From NCBI GenBank assembly GCA_021817225.1, contig JAKAVR010000004.1:1-61935 (forward strand): a stretch of DNA of 61,935 nt. Direction: 5' to 3'. Below, one piece after another: positions 39,663 through 49,750 of this stretch. Numbering within the stretch: the stretch's first letter is position 1; every line of letters begins with the position of its first letter. The DNA is from Thermoplasmata archaeon. Lineage in GTDB: Archaea; Thermoplasmatota; Thermoplasmata; Sysuiplasmatales; Sysuiplasmataceae. The notes under the pieces were generated by a model, which was not told the DNA's origin, searched no databases, and saw only the letters and a program-made list of their open reading frames with translations. The translations under genes and the position numbers were made by a program.

Positions 39663-42335
39663 TCAGTCCTGGTCAGTGCCCGACTTTTTCACCTTTCCCC
39701 TTATGGCAGCCTGGGCCGCGGCAAGCCTCGCCACGGGCACCCTGTAGGGCGAGCAGCTGACGTAGTCGAGGCCGGCATTGTGGAAGAACTCGACGCTCTT
39801 CGGATCACCGCCGTGCTCCCCGCAGATGCCCGTCTCCAGATGCTTGTTGACCTTCTTTCCCCTCTGTATGCCAATCCTGACAAGCTCCCCGACACCTTCC
39901 GCGTCGATCGTCTGGAATGGATCGTATTTCAGGAGAAACTTGCCGACGTAGTCTGGAAGGAACCTTCCCGCATCGTCCCTGCTTATTCCCAGGGTTGTCT
40001 GGGTGAGGTCGTTCGTGCCGAAGGAGAAGAACTCAGCAATTTCGGCTATCTCGTCAGCGAGAAGCGCCGCACGTGGAAGCTCGATCATTGTTCCGACGAG
40101 GTAATGGACGCTGAAGCCGTATGCTGAAAAGACTTCGCCTGCCACCCTGTCAACATCCTTCTTGAGCAGCTCCAGTTCCTCCTTCCCCACAATTAGCGGG
40201 ATCATTACTTCAGGCACCGGATTGCGCCCTTCCTTCTTGAGTTCACATGCTGCCTCGAATATTGCACGGCACTGCATCTCATAGATTTCAGGATAGGTCA
40301 CGGCAAGCCTGCAGCCCCTGTGCCCGAGCATCGGGTTCAGCTCCCTCAGCGCCTCGGTCCTTGCCCTTACCCTCTCCGGCTCGATGCCCATCTCGTGCGC
40401 CAGGCTCCTCACTTCAGCCTCCCCCTTGGGAAGGAATTCGTGGAGAGGCGGGTCAAGCAACCTTATGGTTACTGGGAAGCCGTCCATTTCCCTCATCAGG
40501 CCAATGAAGTCCGACTTCTGGTACGGGAGCAGAGATTCGAGCGCAATCTTCCTTTCCTCCGTGGTCTCGGACAGAATCATTCTCCTCATGTGAGGCAGGC
40601 GGTCTGACCCGAAAAACATGTGCTCAGTCCTCACAAGTCCTATTCCGGTTGCACCGAACTGCCTTGACACCCTGGCGTCGACTGGCAGGTCTGCGTTCGC
40701 CCTCACTCCAAGCCTCTTGATTTCGTCCGCCCAGTCAAGGAATGTCCTGAAGTACGATGTAACCTCGGCGCTCCTTGTGGGAATCTGACCGAGGTACACG
40801 ACCCCCTCGGTTCCGTCAACGCTTATGTAGTCCCCCTTGGAGACTGTGACGCCGCCGTTTCCCCTGAAATGGCCAGCTGAATAATCGATTGCTATGTCCG
40901 AGCAGCCTGCAACGCATGTCTTGCCCATGCCCCTGGCGACAACAGCAGCATGGGAAGTCATGCCTCCGGTGGCAGTCAGTATAGCCTGAGCTGCCGCCAT
41001 TCCGTGGATATCCTCGGCGGAAGTCTCGTTTCTGACCAGTATTACCTTCTCGCCACGACCGGCCATCTCGACCGCCTGCTCGGCATCGAAGACGACCCTG
41101 CCTGTTGCGGCTCCGGGCGAAGCCGGAAGACCCTTGCCTATCCTCCTCTTTTCCGCCTTTTCGTCAAACACGGGGTGAAGCAGCTGGTCCAGCGTGGACG
41201 GGTTGACGGAGAGCATTCCCTCCTCCTTCGTGATCAGCCCCTCGTTGACCAAGTCAACTGCTATCCTGACAGCCGCGCCTGCGGTTCTCTTCCCGCTCCT
41301 TGTCTGGAGAAGGTAGAGCTTGCCGTTCTGAATTGTGAATTCTATGTCCTGAACGTCCTTGTAGTGGGATTCCAGCTGCGCCTTTATGGCGATCAGCTGA
41401 CCGTGGACCTCCGGCATCCTTTCTTCAAGCGAAACACCTACTTTTCCCGCCTCCCTGTTGATCGGCTGGGGCGTCCTTATTCCCGCGACAACATCCTCGC
41501 CCTGGGCGTTTGGCAGATACTCGCCGTAGAACCTGTTTTCACCTGTGGACGGGTTGCGCGTGAAGGCTACGCCGGTCGCACAGTCGTCGCCCATGTTTCC
41601 GAACACCATCGACTGGACGGTGACCGCCGTTCCCCAGTCTTCAGGAATGCCGTTCAGCTTCCTGTAGGTGATAGCACGCCTGTTGTTCCATGATTCGAAA
41701 ACGGCACCTATGGCTTCCCATAGCTGCTGCTCAGGCTTCTCCGGGAAGGGCTTCCCCGTTATCTCGCTGATCTTCTGCTTGAACTTTGTGACTATATCCC
41801 TGAGTTCCTCTCCACTCAGTTCCGTGTCCAGTGCGATGCCGCGCCTTGACTTCACCTCAGACATAATGTGCTCGAACTCGTCGTGCTCGACGCCCATGAC
41901 AACGTTCCCGAACATCTGCACAAAACGCCTGTATGTGTCATATGCCCATCTCGCGTTTCCTGTTTCCCTCACCACAGCAGCGAGCGTCCTGTCATTCAGG
42001 CCAAGATTCAGCACAGTGTCCATCATGCCGGGCATCGAAACCCTGGCGCCTGATCTCACAGACACGAGAAGCGGCTTTTCATCTGAATCGAATGCCCTCC
42101 CCATCTTCTGCTCAACGGTCCTGAGCGCCTCGTTCACCCGTCTCCTGAGGCCGGGGGGGAACTTCCTGTCCAGCCTGTAGAATATGTTGCATACGTTGGT
42201 GGTAATGGTGAAACCGGGCGGGACAGGAAGTCCCAGCCGTGTCATTTCAGCCAGGCCCGCTCCCTTGCCGCCCAGCAGGTTCCTCATTTCTGCGCTCCCT
42301 TCCTCAAAAAGGTAGACCATTTTTCTCTTGACCAT
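39663..42335 (-). CDS. ppdK: Pyruvate, phosphate dikinase
   Basis: LLGGKGAGLAEM, SVRSGARVSMPGMMDT, GGMTSHAAVVARG, SFGTNDLTQ, ICGEHGGDP. Confidence 0.97.
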   Translation of the reverse strand: MVKRKMVYLFEEGSAEMRNLLGGKGAGLAEMTRLGLPVPPGFTITTNVCNIFYRLDRKFPPGLRRRVNEALRTVEQKMGRAFDSDEKPLLVSVRSGARVSMPGMMDTVLNLGLNDRTLAAVVRETGNARWAYDTYRRFVQMFGNVVMGVEHDEFEHIMSEVKSRRGIALDTELSGEELRDIVTKFKQKISEITGKPFPEKPEQQLWEAIGAVFESWNNRRAITYRKLNGIPEDWGTAVTVQSMVFGNMGDDCATGVAFTRNPSTGENRFYGEYLPNAQGEDVVAGIRTPQPINREAGKVGVSLEERMPEVHGQLIAIKAQLESHYKDVQDIEFTIQNGKLYLLQTRSGKRTAGAAVRIAVDLVNEGLITKEEGMLSVNPSTLDQLLHPVFDEKAEKRRIGKGLPASPGAATGRVVFDAEQAVEMAGRGEKVILVRNETSAEDIHGMAAAQAILTATGGMTSHAAVVARGMGKTCVAGCSDIAIDYSAGHFRGNGGVTVSKGDYISVDGTEGVVYLGQIPTRSAEVTSYFRTFLDWADEIKRLGVRANADLPVDARVSRQFGATGIGLVRTEHMFFGSDRLPHMRRMILSETTEERKIALESLLPYQKSDFIGLMREMDGFPVTIRLLDPPLHEFLPKGEAEVRSLAHEMGIEPERVRARTEALRELNPMLGHRGCRLAVTYPEIYEMQCRAIFEAACELKKEGRNPVPEVMIPLIVGKEELELLKKDVDRVAGEVFSAYGFSVHYLVGTMIELPRAALLADEIAEIAEFFSFGTNDLTQTTLGISRDDAGRFLPDYVGKFLLKYDPFQTIDAEGVGELVRIGIQRGKKVNKHLETGICGEHGGDPKSVEFFHNAGLDYVSCSPYRVPVARLAAAQAAIRGKVKKSGTDQD

Positions 42336-42462
42336 CGGGAAAGCACCTGCTGATTCGGTAGCAAGTTCGTATAATTAAATGGTTCGAAGTCCGCAACACA
42401 GGCAGCGCTGGCGCCGGCGAATGATGTTGTCTGCGGCTATAAGACACGAATTGAGTATGTTC

Positions 42463-42735
42463 TCATTTGCCGAGGACAATCTCTATCGAGGAGACGTTGG
42501 AAGTAGTCCCGTCCTCCTCCTTCAGCACTTCGGTTGTTATCTTGATGTCCTTGACAAGCGCTTCCTTGAGAAACCTGTTCCTCGTTATCTCGGCAACGTC
42601 GACTGCCCTGCTTATCGATTTGCCCCTGGCCTTGATTCTGACATCCTTTCCCGCACTGTTGAATTGTGTTACGACCGCCAGGACATAGTTCATTGCCGGT
42701 TTCTTGCCAATGTAGATGATGTTATCTTCTGCCAT
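42463..42735 (-). CDS. albA: Chromatin protein Alba
   Basis: [37 protein letters not shown]. Confidence 0.95.
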   Translation of the reverse strand: MAEDNIIYIGKKPAMNYVLAVVTQFNSAGKDVRIKARGKSISRAVDVAEITRNRFLKEALVKDIKITTEVLKEEDGTTSNVSSIEIVLGK

Positions 42736-42932
42736 TTGTCGTCACGACTGTTTATAGATGTTTATATGGGCCGATTGCAGCGTTTTTTGAAGACGCTACG
42801 GGTATTAATACATTATTTCAGGCCCGGCCTGCCGCTGGCAGGAGGACGGCAATGGTTCAAGGCTGCCCGGGAACGGCCTGCGGCATCAGCATAGTATTTA
42901 AACAGGCTGGTTTTCCATAAGTTCGAGAGTTC

Positions 42933-43493
42933 TTGAAGGCACTCATAATTTCCGGGATGGCCGGGGCGGGGAAGACCGAATTCGCTGTTTACTGCAAATC
43001 GCTCGGCATACCCGTTGTGCAGATGGGCGACATAGTAAGGGAGAAAGTGGCCGAGCACGGACTTGAACAGACCGGAAAGAACGTTGCACGTATTGCAAAT
43101 GAAGAGAGGCTGAAACGTGGTAACGATGTCTGGGCAAGAAGGACGGTCAAACGAGTGGGCGGCAGGAACACCGTGATCGACGGGACAAGGAGCGAGGCTG
43201 AAGTCGCCTATTTCAGGAGCTATTTTGGGAAGGACGCTGTCGTTGTGGCAGTGGTTGCATCTGCGGTGACGAGATATGAGAGGCTGAAGTCCAGGAACAG
43301 GGAGGATGTGCCGCTCAGTCTCGGGGAGTTTGATGAAAGGGACAGGAGGGAGCTGGGATGGGGTCTCGGCAACGTCATAGCCCTTTCAGACAGGGTTGTT
43401 GGCAATGAGGGCACCATCGAGGAACTCAGGAAGAGCATAATGTTGCTTCTTGAAGAGCTCGATTTTATCAAGAAGAGTGAACAGGAGGCCTGA
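42933..43493 (+). CDS. UPF0200-like P-loop kinase
   Basis: GMAGAGKT, MGDIVR, IDGTRS, ERDRRELGWG. Confidence 0.8.
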   Translation: MKALIISGMAGAGKTEFAVYCKSLGIPVVQMGDIVREKVAEHGLEQTGKNVARIANEERLKRGNDVWARRTVKRVGGRNTVIDGTRSEAEVAYFRSYFGKDAVVVAVVASAVTRYERLKSRNREDVPLSLGEFDERDRRELGWGLGNVIALSDRVVGNEGTIEELRKSIMLLLEELDFIKKSEQEA

Positions 43494-43496
43494 GCG

Positions 43497-43808
43497 GTGG
43501 ATTTCCTCACTGCGAGGCCATGCACCGGTAACTCCTACGTTGTCTATCCGTCAAGGCTTTACGAGCTGCCGCTGGCAGAATGCGGCAGGGTCTTGAAGAA
43601 AAACGGCTGCAAAGTGAGGGAATCGGGGTTCATGATAGACATAGACCTTCCCGGCCACACATGCACTCTTTACAGGACGGGCAGGCTGCTTGTGAATCCG
43701 TGCGTAGACGAAGAAACTGCACTTCAACAGGCAAACCGCATCTTCGGGCTGATTGAGAAGAACCCGAGGCTATCACTGCTTCTGAAGGAAAGGGGAGCGT
43801 TATTATAG
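43497..43808 (+). CDS. Hypothetical protein
   Basis: Operon position; TLYRTGRLLV motif. Confidence 0.6.
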   Translation: MDFLTARPCTGNSYVVYPSRLYELPLAECGRVLKKNGCKVRESGFMIDIDLPGHTCTLYRTGRLLVNPCVDEETALQQANRIFGLIEKNPRLSLLLKERGALL

Positions 43809-43821
43809 TACGGCCTTCGAA

Positions 43822-44574
43822 TTGGGATTGTTCCTGATGCTTGCTTCATTGCCTGAAGGGATAATATCCATCATACTCAGCCTGCTGCTCAGTTACGCAG
43901 CCTACAGGCAGAAGATGCTCACTCTGGCGGGATCGGTCGCCGCATTCACAGTCAGCGCCCTCATCGGGCTGCTGGGCAACCTTTCTTGGCTCCTGCTCAT
44001 TCTCACATTTGTTGCTGCGGCATTCGTCACAACCAGGTTCCGTATACTGGAGAAGGCCAGAATGGGGCTCCAGGAGGGAAGGAAAGGAGAAAGGGGCAGC
44101 CTCAACGTGGTGGGAAACAGTCTTCCCGCTGTCTTTATTGCCCTGCTCAGCACGGTTCTTGGAGTGCAGGGCTCCCAGACGAGCTACGCAATAATATATA
44201 CGGTGGCGATTGGCGCGGCGACTGCCGACACGCTTGCAAGCGAGATCGGTGTGATTGACAGGCACCCGCGGCTAATCACGACGATGAGGCCCGTCCCGCC
44301 TGGAACCGACGGCGGCATCTCAGTGCTCGGGACCGCTGCCTCCTTTGGCGGCGCCCTGTTCATATCGGTGGCTGGATACGTCCTTATGATGCTCCTCGGC
44401 CAGCCCCTTCCTGCATACTTCATTCCACTTACGGCGGTGCTTGGCCTTCTTGGCTCGTTGATTGACAGCCTGCTCGGGGCAACGCTTGAGAGAAACGGAC
44501 TGATTGGCAAGCAAACGAACAATCTTGCCTCAATTGTTGTCGCCTGCCTCATCGCCGGGGCCCTTGTGATTTGA
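43822..44574 (+). CDS. DUF92 (TMEM19-like) membrane protein
   Basis: RGSLNVVGN, ATADTLASEIG, PPGTDGGIS..G, DSLLGATLE. Confidence 0.88.
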   Translation: MGLFLMLASLPEGIISIILSLLLSYAAYRQKMLTLAGSVAAFTVSALIGLLGNLSWLLLILTFVAAAFVTTRFRILEKARMGLQEGRKGERGSLNVVGNSLPAVFIALLSTVLGVQGSQTSYAIIYTVAIGAATADTLASEIGVIDRHPRLITTMRPVPPGTDGGISVLGTAASFGGALFISVAGYVLMMLLGQPLPAYFIPLTAVLGLLGSLIDSLLGATLERNGLIGKQTNNLASIVVACLIAGALVI

Positions 44575-44603
44575 TGCAGGCAGTGATTTCGCATTCGTCC
44601 CTG

Positions 44604-44618
44604 CAAAAGGCATAAATA
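44604..44618 (+). promoter_or_regulatory. Putative BRE/TATA promoter of 5S rRNA
   Basis: CAAAAGGCATAAATA about 25-30 nt upstream of the 5S start. Confidence 0.5.
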
Positions 44619-44645
44619 GGAAATAGGATTGTTGATTTTCAGGAA

Positions 44646-44868
44646 TGGTACGACGGCCAAAGTGGTGGTGTCACACCTGGTCTCGTCCGATCCCAGAAGT
44701 TAAGACCACCTACGTTCCCTGTGGTACTGTTGTGCGCGAGCCAACGGGAAGCTTGGCCCCGCAAGGGGTTTTGCCTTTAGTGCCCAGGCAAATTAATCGA
44801 TATCCTTCGGGATAACGATGAAGTTTGCCGTTATAAAGGTGCTAAAGCGCTTAGAGCGCTGTCGGCCA
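44646..44868 (+). rRNA. rrf: 5S rRNA with ~98-nt internal expansion
   Basis: Helix I (TGGTACGACGGC / GCTGTCGGCCA), helix II GTGGT/ACCAC, ACACC..CCGATCCCAGAAGTTAAG loop B/C, GTAC..GCGAG..GGGAAGC loop E/helix IV; 3' strand resumes at about 44853. Confidence 0.9.
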
Positions 44869-44946
44869 TTCCCCGCTGCTTTTCTGTGAGAACGACTCAG
44901 TAAGCTTTATTTGCGCATCTGCAGACTATCGCAGAGGGTAAATGAC

Positions 44947-45831
44947 TTGGACCTGACCATTCAGACCGCATTCATCCTAGCCGCGCTGATAGCGGCCCTC
45001 ATCCTGGCAGGCTACCTGGAATGGAGTTACGCCAGAGGCAGGCTGATGAGGAAGAGGAGCGCAAGACTCGCGGCCGGCGTTGCAAGGGAGGAGGCATTCA
45101 ACGCCTCTGTAACAACAAAGGCAATCATGAGAAACCTCAGGGCTCAGGGTTACGACGTTGCCAGGGCAGAACCTCTTGTGAGGCAGACGGATGCTGAGCT
45201 CGAAATGGGCAATTTCACCAGCGCCAAGCTTCTCGCCGAAGATGCAAAGAACACACTGTTCGAAATCAAATCGGCCAGCGTGAGGCAGACAGGCGGGCTG
45301 ACGAAGGAGCCTGCAGGCGAAACAGCAGGTGCGCAGAAAGGGCAGGGAATCAGGCAGGCGCCGCCCCCCGCCGAGGCGCGGCAGCCAGTCGCACAGAAGA
45401 AGCTGCCAAGGAACTATGCCGAAGCAAGCTTCACAATCAAGTCCGTTGAAACAGAAGTTGAGAATGCGGCCGGTGAAGGGAAGAACACCGAGATACCGGC
45501 TAAGTTCCTGGCGGAGGCAAAAGAGAATTTTGAAGATGAAAGGTACGATGATGCACTTCGGCTTGCCGTGAGGGCAAGCAGGTCACTGGCAGGAGAGGGA
45601 GGCGGCGAAACAAACATACAGGCTATCCCGCCGCAGACACCTGCGAAGAGCGGTGAAACTCCGAAAACAGCAAACCAGGTATGTGAAGAGTGCGGTGCAC
45701 CGTTGAAGACAGGCGACAGTTTCTGCAGGAAGTGCGGCGGGAAGATCAGACTTCAGTGCCCTGCTTGCGGAGAGCAGCTCTCGAAGGGTGATACCTTCTG
45801 CGGCAAGTGCGGCGGCAGGATAGAAAGCTGA
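44947..45831 (+). CDS. Membrane-anchored helical protein with C-terminal double zinc ribbons
   Basis: N-terminal TM; CEECG..FCRKCG and CPACG..FCGKCG. Confidence 0.78.
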   Translation: MDLTIQTAFILAALIAALILAGYLEWSYARGRLMRKRSARLAAGVAREEAFNASVTTKAIMRNLRAQGYDVARAEPLVRQTDAELEMGNFTSAKLLAEDAKNTLFEIKSASVRQTGGLTKEPAGETAGAQKGQGIRQAPPPAEARQPVAQKKLPRNYAEASFTIKSVETEVENAAGEGKNTEIPAKFLAEAKENFEDERYDDALRLAVRASRSLAGEGGGETNIQAIPPQTPAKSGETPKTANQVCEECGAPLKTGDSFCRKCGGKIRLQCPACGEQLSKGDTFCGKCGGRIES

Positions 45832-45936
45832 GGGCATTGTCACATGTGTCCATTCCCGGCCCATATAAGGCACAAATAATATTATATTGGAAATCCACGA
45901 TGGGTATGCGTATACAAAGGAGTTGAACACACCACG

Positions 45937-46323
45937 GTGGAGAGCAAAACAGCGAACAAGAAGACCGAAGAGCGAATTCTAGACAGGCTCGTTTCAGAAG
46001 GTCCTCTCACATCATGCTCAATTGTTTCAAGAACGGGGCTGCTCGTGGCCGGGGACTCTGTGAGCCCGCAGAAGAAGGAGACATTCGCTGCCATGGCCGC
46101 CATAGTATTCAGCGCAGCCGAGGCAGTCAAGGGGGATGTCAAGGCAGGGAAGGTGGACAACATAGTTGCGACCTTTGAAGACAACAGGCTTCTTCTTTTC
46201 CCAGTGAGCTCCAATTACATACTGGTGGGAGTGCTCGAGGATTCTCAGGCGACGGAAAAGGCGCTCCGCGGGATGGAAGAAGTGGCGACGAAGCTCAGAA
46301 AGGAAGCGCCCTGGCTGAACTAG
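45937..46323 (+). CDS. Roadblock/LC7 domain protein
   Basis: SIVSRTGLLVAG, ETFAAMAA..SAAE pattern; 128 aa. Confidence 0.8.
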   Translation: MESKTANKKTEERILDRLVSEGPLTSCSIVSRTGLLVAGDSVSPQKKETFAAMAAIVFSAAEAVKGDVKAGKVDNIVATFEDNRLLLFPVSSNYILVGVLEDSQATEKALRGMEEVATKLRKEAPWLN

Positions 46324-46778
46324 ATTATGTATTTCTCCACACTGGACTGAATCCTGTCACAGAAATGGCACTTGAGCGTCAGCGGCCTCTGGCTTACAAC
46401 GAGGAAGCTGGTCTCCACAGGCTCGTTGCTGTTTGTTACGCAGTTCGGATTGGCGCACCTGACTATGCCCTTCACGACCGATGGAAGCTCGACCTTCATC
46501 TTCTCGGCCACGTTGTAATCCCTGATTATGTTGATTGTGGCACGGGGCGCGATTAGGGAAATTCTGTTTACCTCGTCCGAATAAAGCTCCCTGTCCTCGA
46601 TCTTCACAATGTCCTTCCACTCATCCTTCTTGCTCCTCACGTGCATGGCCACGCTTACTGTGCTCTTTATGTTCTCCCCTGTCACTTCGAGTATTTTGAG
46701 CACGCTCAGAGCGGCACCCGTTTCAATATGGTCTATCACGGTGCCATTCCTTATCGGCTGGACCTTCAGTTCCTTCAG
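46320..46778 (-). CDS. pyrI: Aspartate carbamoyltransferase regulatory chain (probable CTG start)
   Basis: (L)KELKVQPIRNGTVIDHI, KDIVKIE, CANPNC..CHFC. Confidence 0.92.
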   Translation of the reverse strand: MKELKVQPIRNGTVIDHIETGAALSVLKILEVTGENIKSTVSVAMHVRSKKDEWKDIVKIEDRELYSDEVNRISLIAPRATINIIRDYNVAEKMKVELPSVVKGIVRCANPNCVTNSNEPVETSFLVVSQRPLTLKCHFCDRIQSSVEKYII

Positions 46779-47707
46779 AATTCCACCCCCAGAAGCATTG
46801 AGAGTATTGCCATTCGCACCGGGATACCGTATGCGGCCTGCTTGAAGTAAAGTGAATGGGATGTCGAATCCACCTCGGGAGCTATCTCGCTGATGCGCGG
46901 GAGCGGATGCATCACCGAAAGCGTTGACTTTCCCTTTGAAAGCAGTTTTGAGTCTATCCTGTAGGAGCCAGCGACCTTCGCGTACTCTGTCGCATCTGCA
47001 AACCGCTCCTTCTGTATCCTTGTCACATAGAGCACATCAGCATCCTTCACCGCGTCCTCGAGCGCGGTTGCATACCTTGGCCTGCAGCCCTTTGATTCTA
47101 TCTCGGCAATGACTTCCTTTGGCAATTCAAGCGAAGGGGGTGCTACGAAGGTGAGGTTTGCACCGAAAAGTGCCAGCGCCTCCGAAAGGGAGTGGACGGT
47201 CCTTCCGAACTTGAGGTCGCCGAGTATGACTACATTGAGCCCTTCAAGCTTCTCCTTGCTCTCAAGCATCGTGAAGAGGTCGAGTATAGTCTGCGTTGGA
47301 TGCTGTCCGGCACCGTCCCCTGCATTGACAACAGGCTTCGTGCTCAGGTCAGCCGCCAGGCGTGCGGCACCCTCCAGAGGATGCCTTATCACGAGTATGT
47401 CTGCATATGTTTCTGTGACACGGATGGTGTCTGAAAGGTTTTCCCCTTTCTCAATTGAGGTGCCCATCGGGGAGGAAAAACCCATCACCGCCCCGCCGAG
47501 CCTCAGCATCGCCGATTCGAAGGAAAGCCTGGTCCTCGTTGAAGGCTCATAGAAGAGAGTGCCAAGAATCTTGCCTTCGAGTGCATTTGACTTCTCTTCG
47601 CCGCTTGCGAAAGGGACCATCTGTTTTGCCTTCTTCAGGACAAATGAAATCTCCTGCTTCGAAAAGTCCCTAATCGACACAAAATCAGAAAATCGTGGAC
47701 TCCCCAT
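46775..47707 (-). CDS. pyrB: Aspartate carbamoyltransferase catalytic chain
   Basis: FYEPSTRTRLSF, NAGDGAGQHPTQ, YVTRIQKER, HPLPR. Confidence 0.96.
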   Translation of the reverse strand: MGSPRFSDFVSIRDFSKQEISFVLKKAKQMVPFASGEEKSNALEGKILGTLFYEPSTRTRLSFESAMLRLGGAVMGFSSPMGTSIEKGENLSDTIRVTETYADILVIRHPLEGAARLAADLSTKPVVNAGDGAGQHPTQTILDLFTMLESKEKLEGLNVVILGDLKFGRTVHSLSEALALFGANLTFVAPPSLELPKEVIAEIESKGCRPRYATALEDAVKDADVLYVTRIQKERFADATEYAKVAGSYRIDSKLLSKGKSTLSVMHPLPRISEIAPEVDSTSHSLYFKQAAYGIPVRMAILSMLLGVEF

Positions 47708-47834
47708 CTCACACCATAAATGCTGATGTACTTGGAGTATTAAATCGTAGGGGTAAAGAAGGGCGATCCAGCCCAAGCCGACCTGTGGCTGGACATGCAA
47801 ATACCTTTTAAAAGGACGAGGTCATCTTTCACCG

Positions 47835-49664
47835 ATGATCGATATACATTCACGCTACTCCATTGCAAAAGTTGCAACTTCATCCCTCGGCACGGTGAAG
47901 CTCCGTGTCCCCAACGTCCTTTTCTCTGAACCCCACGACAGGGATGAGTATGCGGGTCAGTTCGAGGCGCTGCTCACATCCAGGATCATAGACACGGAAA
48001 AGGTGCAGTTTGTTGCCCCGCAGAACGAAATGGTAAGGGGTGAAAGGAAGGCGGTTTTCGGCGGCGGCGCGGTTGTAATGCCGAACTACATACCATTCTC
48101 ATCCCTCATAGAGAACATAGAAACAAGCTACGAAAGGGACAGGAATGCCGAAGTCTTCATCGCAGTCGGCAGAAATGAACGGATTGCCTCGGAACTCAGT
48201 GGCGTGAAGTCGGAACTTGTCGAGGTATCCAATGCGCCCGAGCTGTCAAGGGATCCCTACGACCTTGCTCAAACGATCATAAGTGCGAGGGGCGCCGTCG
48301 GGATGAACAGGCTCCTTTACTTTCCCGGTGTGGCAACGCCTCAGAACCTCTCCATGCTTGTGTATTCCGGCGCAGACATCACCGACTCCTCGTCCACCGA
48401 CCTTTCAGCCCTGACCGGACAGGTATTCGTCGATGGCATTGCCTACCCTGCCTCCGCGCTCAGGGAGGGGATATGTTCATGCCCCGCGTGCATGTCCGAT
48501 GCAGGGGAGAGACCCGTCTGGCACAACAGGTACCAGCTCCTCTCCGAGCTCATGAGGTGCAGGGTGGCAATATCGTCCGGCAGCCTCAGGGAATATGTAG
48601 AGTCAAGGGCATCCGTTTCGCCCTGGAACACCGAGTTCCTGAGGTACCTTGACAGCATCCACCGCGACTTCATCGAGAAGTATGCCCCGAATGCAAACAT
48701 CATGATCAGGGCAGGCACGGCACAGTCGCTGACAAGGCCCGAGATAGTCCGCTACGTGAACCGTGTTTCGGAACGCTATACACCTCCGCCTCTGAAGATC
48801 GCCCTGCTTGTCCCATGTTCCCACAGGAAGCCATATTTCCTTTCAAGATCGCACCGCCTCTTTCTCGAGGCGGTGAGGGCGTCAGGGCACAGTGACCAGG
48901 TGCACCTCGTCACCGTTACTTCCCCCCTGGGAGTGGTGCCGGAGGAGCTGGAGACCGTCTTTCCTGCGGCCAGCTACGACATCCCGGTCACGGGTCACTG
49001 GTCACACGAGGAGAAGGAGAGGTCCATCGCGCTGCTCAGCTCGTTGATATCGAAGGGAGGCTATGAGCTTGTCATCTCCCATCTTGCTGATGAGAGGGAT
49101 TTCATCAACCGGGCGCTCGAAAGCGCAGGAGTGCGCTACGTGGACACATCCATGGGAAACACGCGGTCGGCCGAGTCCCTCAGGAGACTGACGGAGGCCG
49201 TCGACTCAGCCGGAGAAATGAAACATGTCCGGTGGGAAGAAAGAATGAAATGCCTTCTTTCAAACCTCGCCGCATTCCAGTTTGGTGAAGCTGGCAGGGA
49301 ACTTCTGAACGGTGCACGCCTTTCGGGAAGGTATCCGTACGTGCGCATTACAAGGGGACAGAAGCAGCTCGGAATGCTCACGGGGCAGCGCGGCGTCATA
49401 TCGCTGACGCTTGACGGGGCGGATGCGCTGCAGGGAAGTGTCGAGGGTTACACAGTCGAGATGGAAGACTTCAGGCTGATAGGAAACTTGTTCGCTGCTG
49501 GTGTGGCCAGGGCAGGAGAACTGCTTAGGATTGGGGATGAGGCATTGATTTCAAGGAAGGGCAGTATCATGGCCGTGGGGGTGGCCTCGATGAGCGCTTT
49601 GGAAATGAACGAAAAAAAGAAGGGAGAGGCTGTCCATGTCAGGCATTTCAGAAGAGAAGCCTGA
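47835..49664 (+). CDS. arcS: Archaeosine synthase subunit alpha
   Basis: Degenerate TGT-like region with [46 protein letters not shown]-terminal PUA. Confidence 0.87.
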   Translation: MIDIHSRYSIAKVATSSLGTVKLRVPNVLFSEPHDRDEYAGQFEALLTSRIIDTEKVQFVAPQNEMVRGERKAVFGGGAVVMPNYIPFSSLIENIETSYERDRNAEVFIAVGRNERIASELSGVKSELVEVSNAPELSRDPYDLAQTIISARGAVGMNRLLYFPGVATPQNLSMLVYSGADITDSSSTDLSALTGQVFVDGIAYPASALREGICSCPACMSDAGERPVWHNRYQLLSELMRCRVAISSGSLREYVESRASVSPWNTEFLRYLDSIHRDFIEKYAPNANIMIRAGTAQSLTRPEIVRYVNRVSERYTPPPLKIALLVPCSHRKPYFLSRSHRLFLEAVRASGHSDQVHLVTVTSPLGVVPEELETVFPAASYDIPVTGHWSHEEKERSIALLSSLISKGGYELVISHLADERDFINRALESAGVRYVDTSMGNTRSAESLRRLTEAVDSAGEMKHVRWEERMKCLLSNLAAFQFGEAGRELLNGARLSGRYPYVRITRGQKQLGMLTGQRGVISLTLDGADALQGSVEGYTVEMEDFRLIGNLFAAGVARAGELLRIGDEALISRKGSIMAVGVASMSALEMNEKKKGEAVHVRHFRREA

Positions 49665-49750
49665 CCGGTCAGAGCCTGTGCAGCGCGGCATATTTTCGGG
49701 CTACTCCCCCTGACATGTATTTAAATAAACGCAATCTGGTAGTGAATCCG

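Noticed and set aside
44755-44852. 5S insert as a terminator or homing-endonuclease intron
   Set aside because: The helix I and helix V 3' strands lie beyond it, it has no ORF, and no clear bulge-helix-bulge motif was found at the junctions.
49612-49618. A7 run near the end of arcS
   Set aside because: The frame continues normally to the end of the PUA domain, with no alternative product evident.
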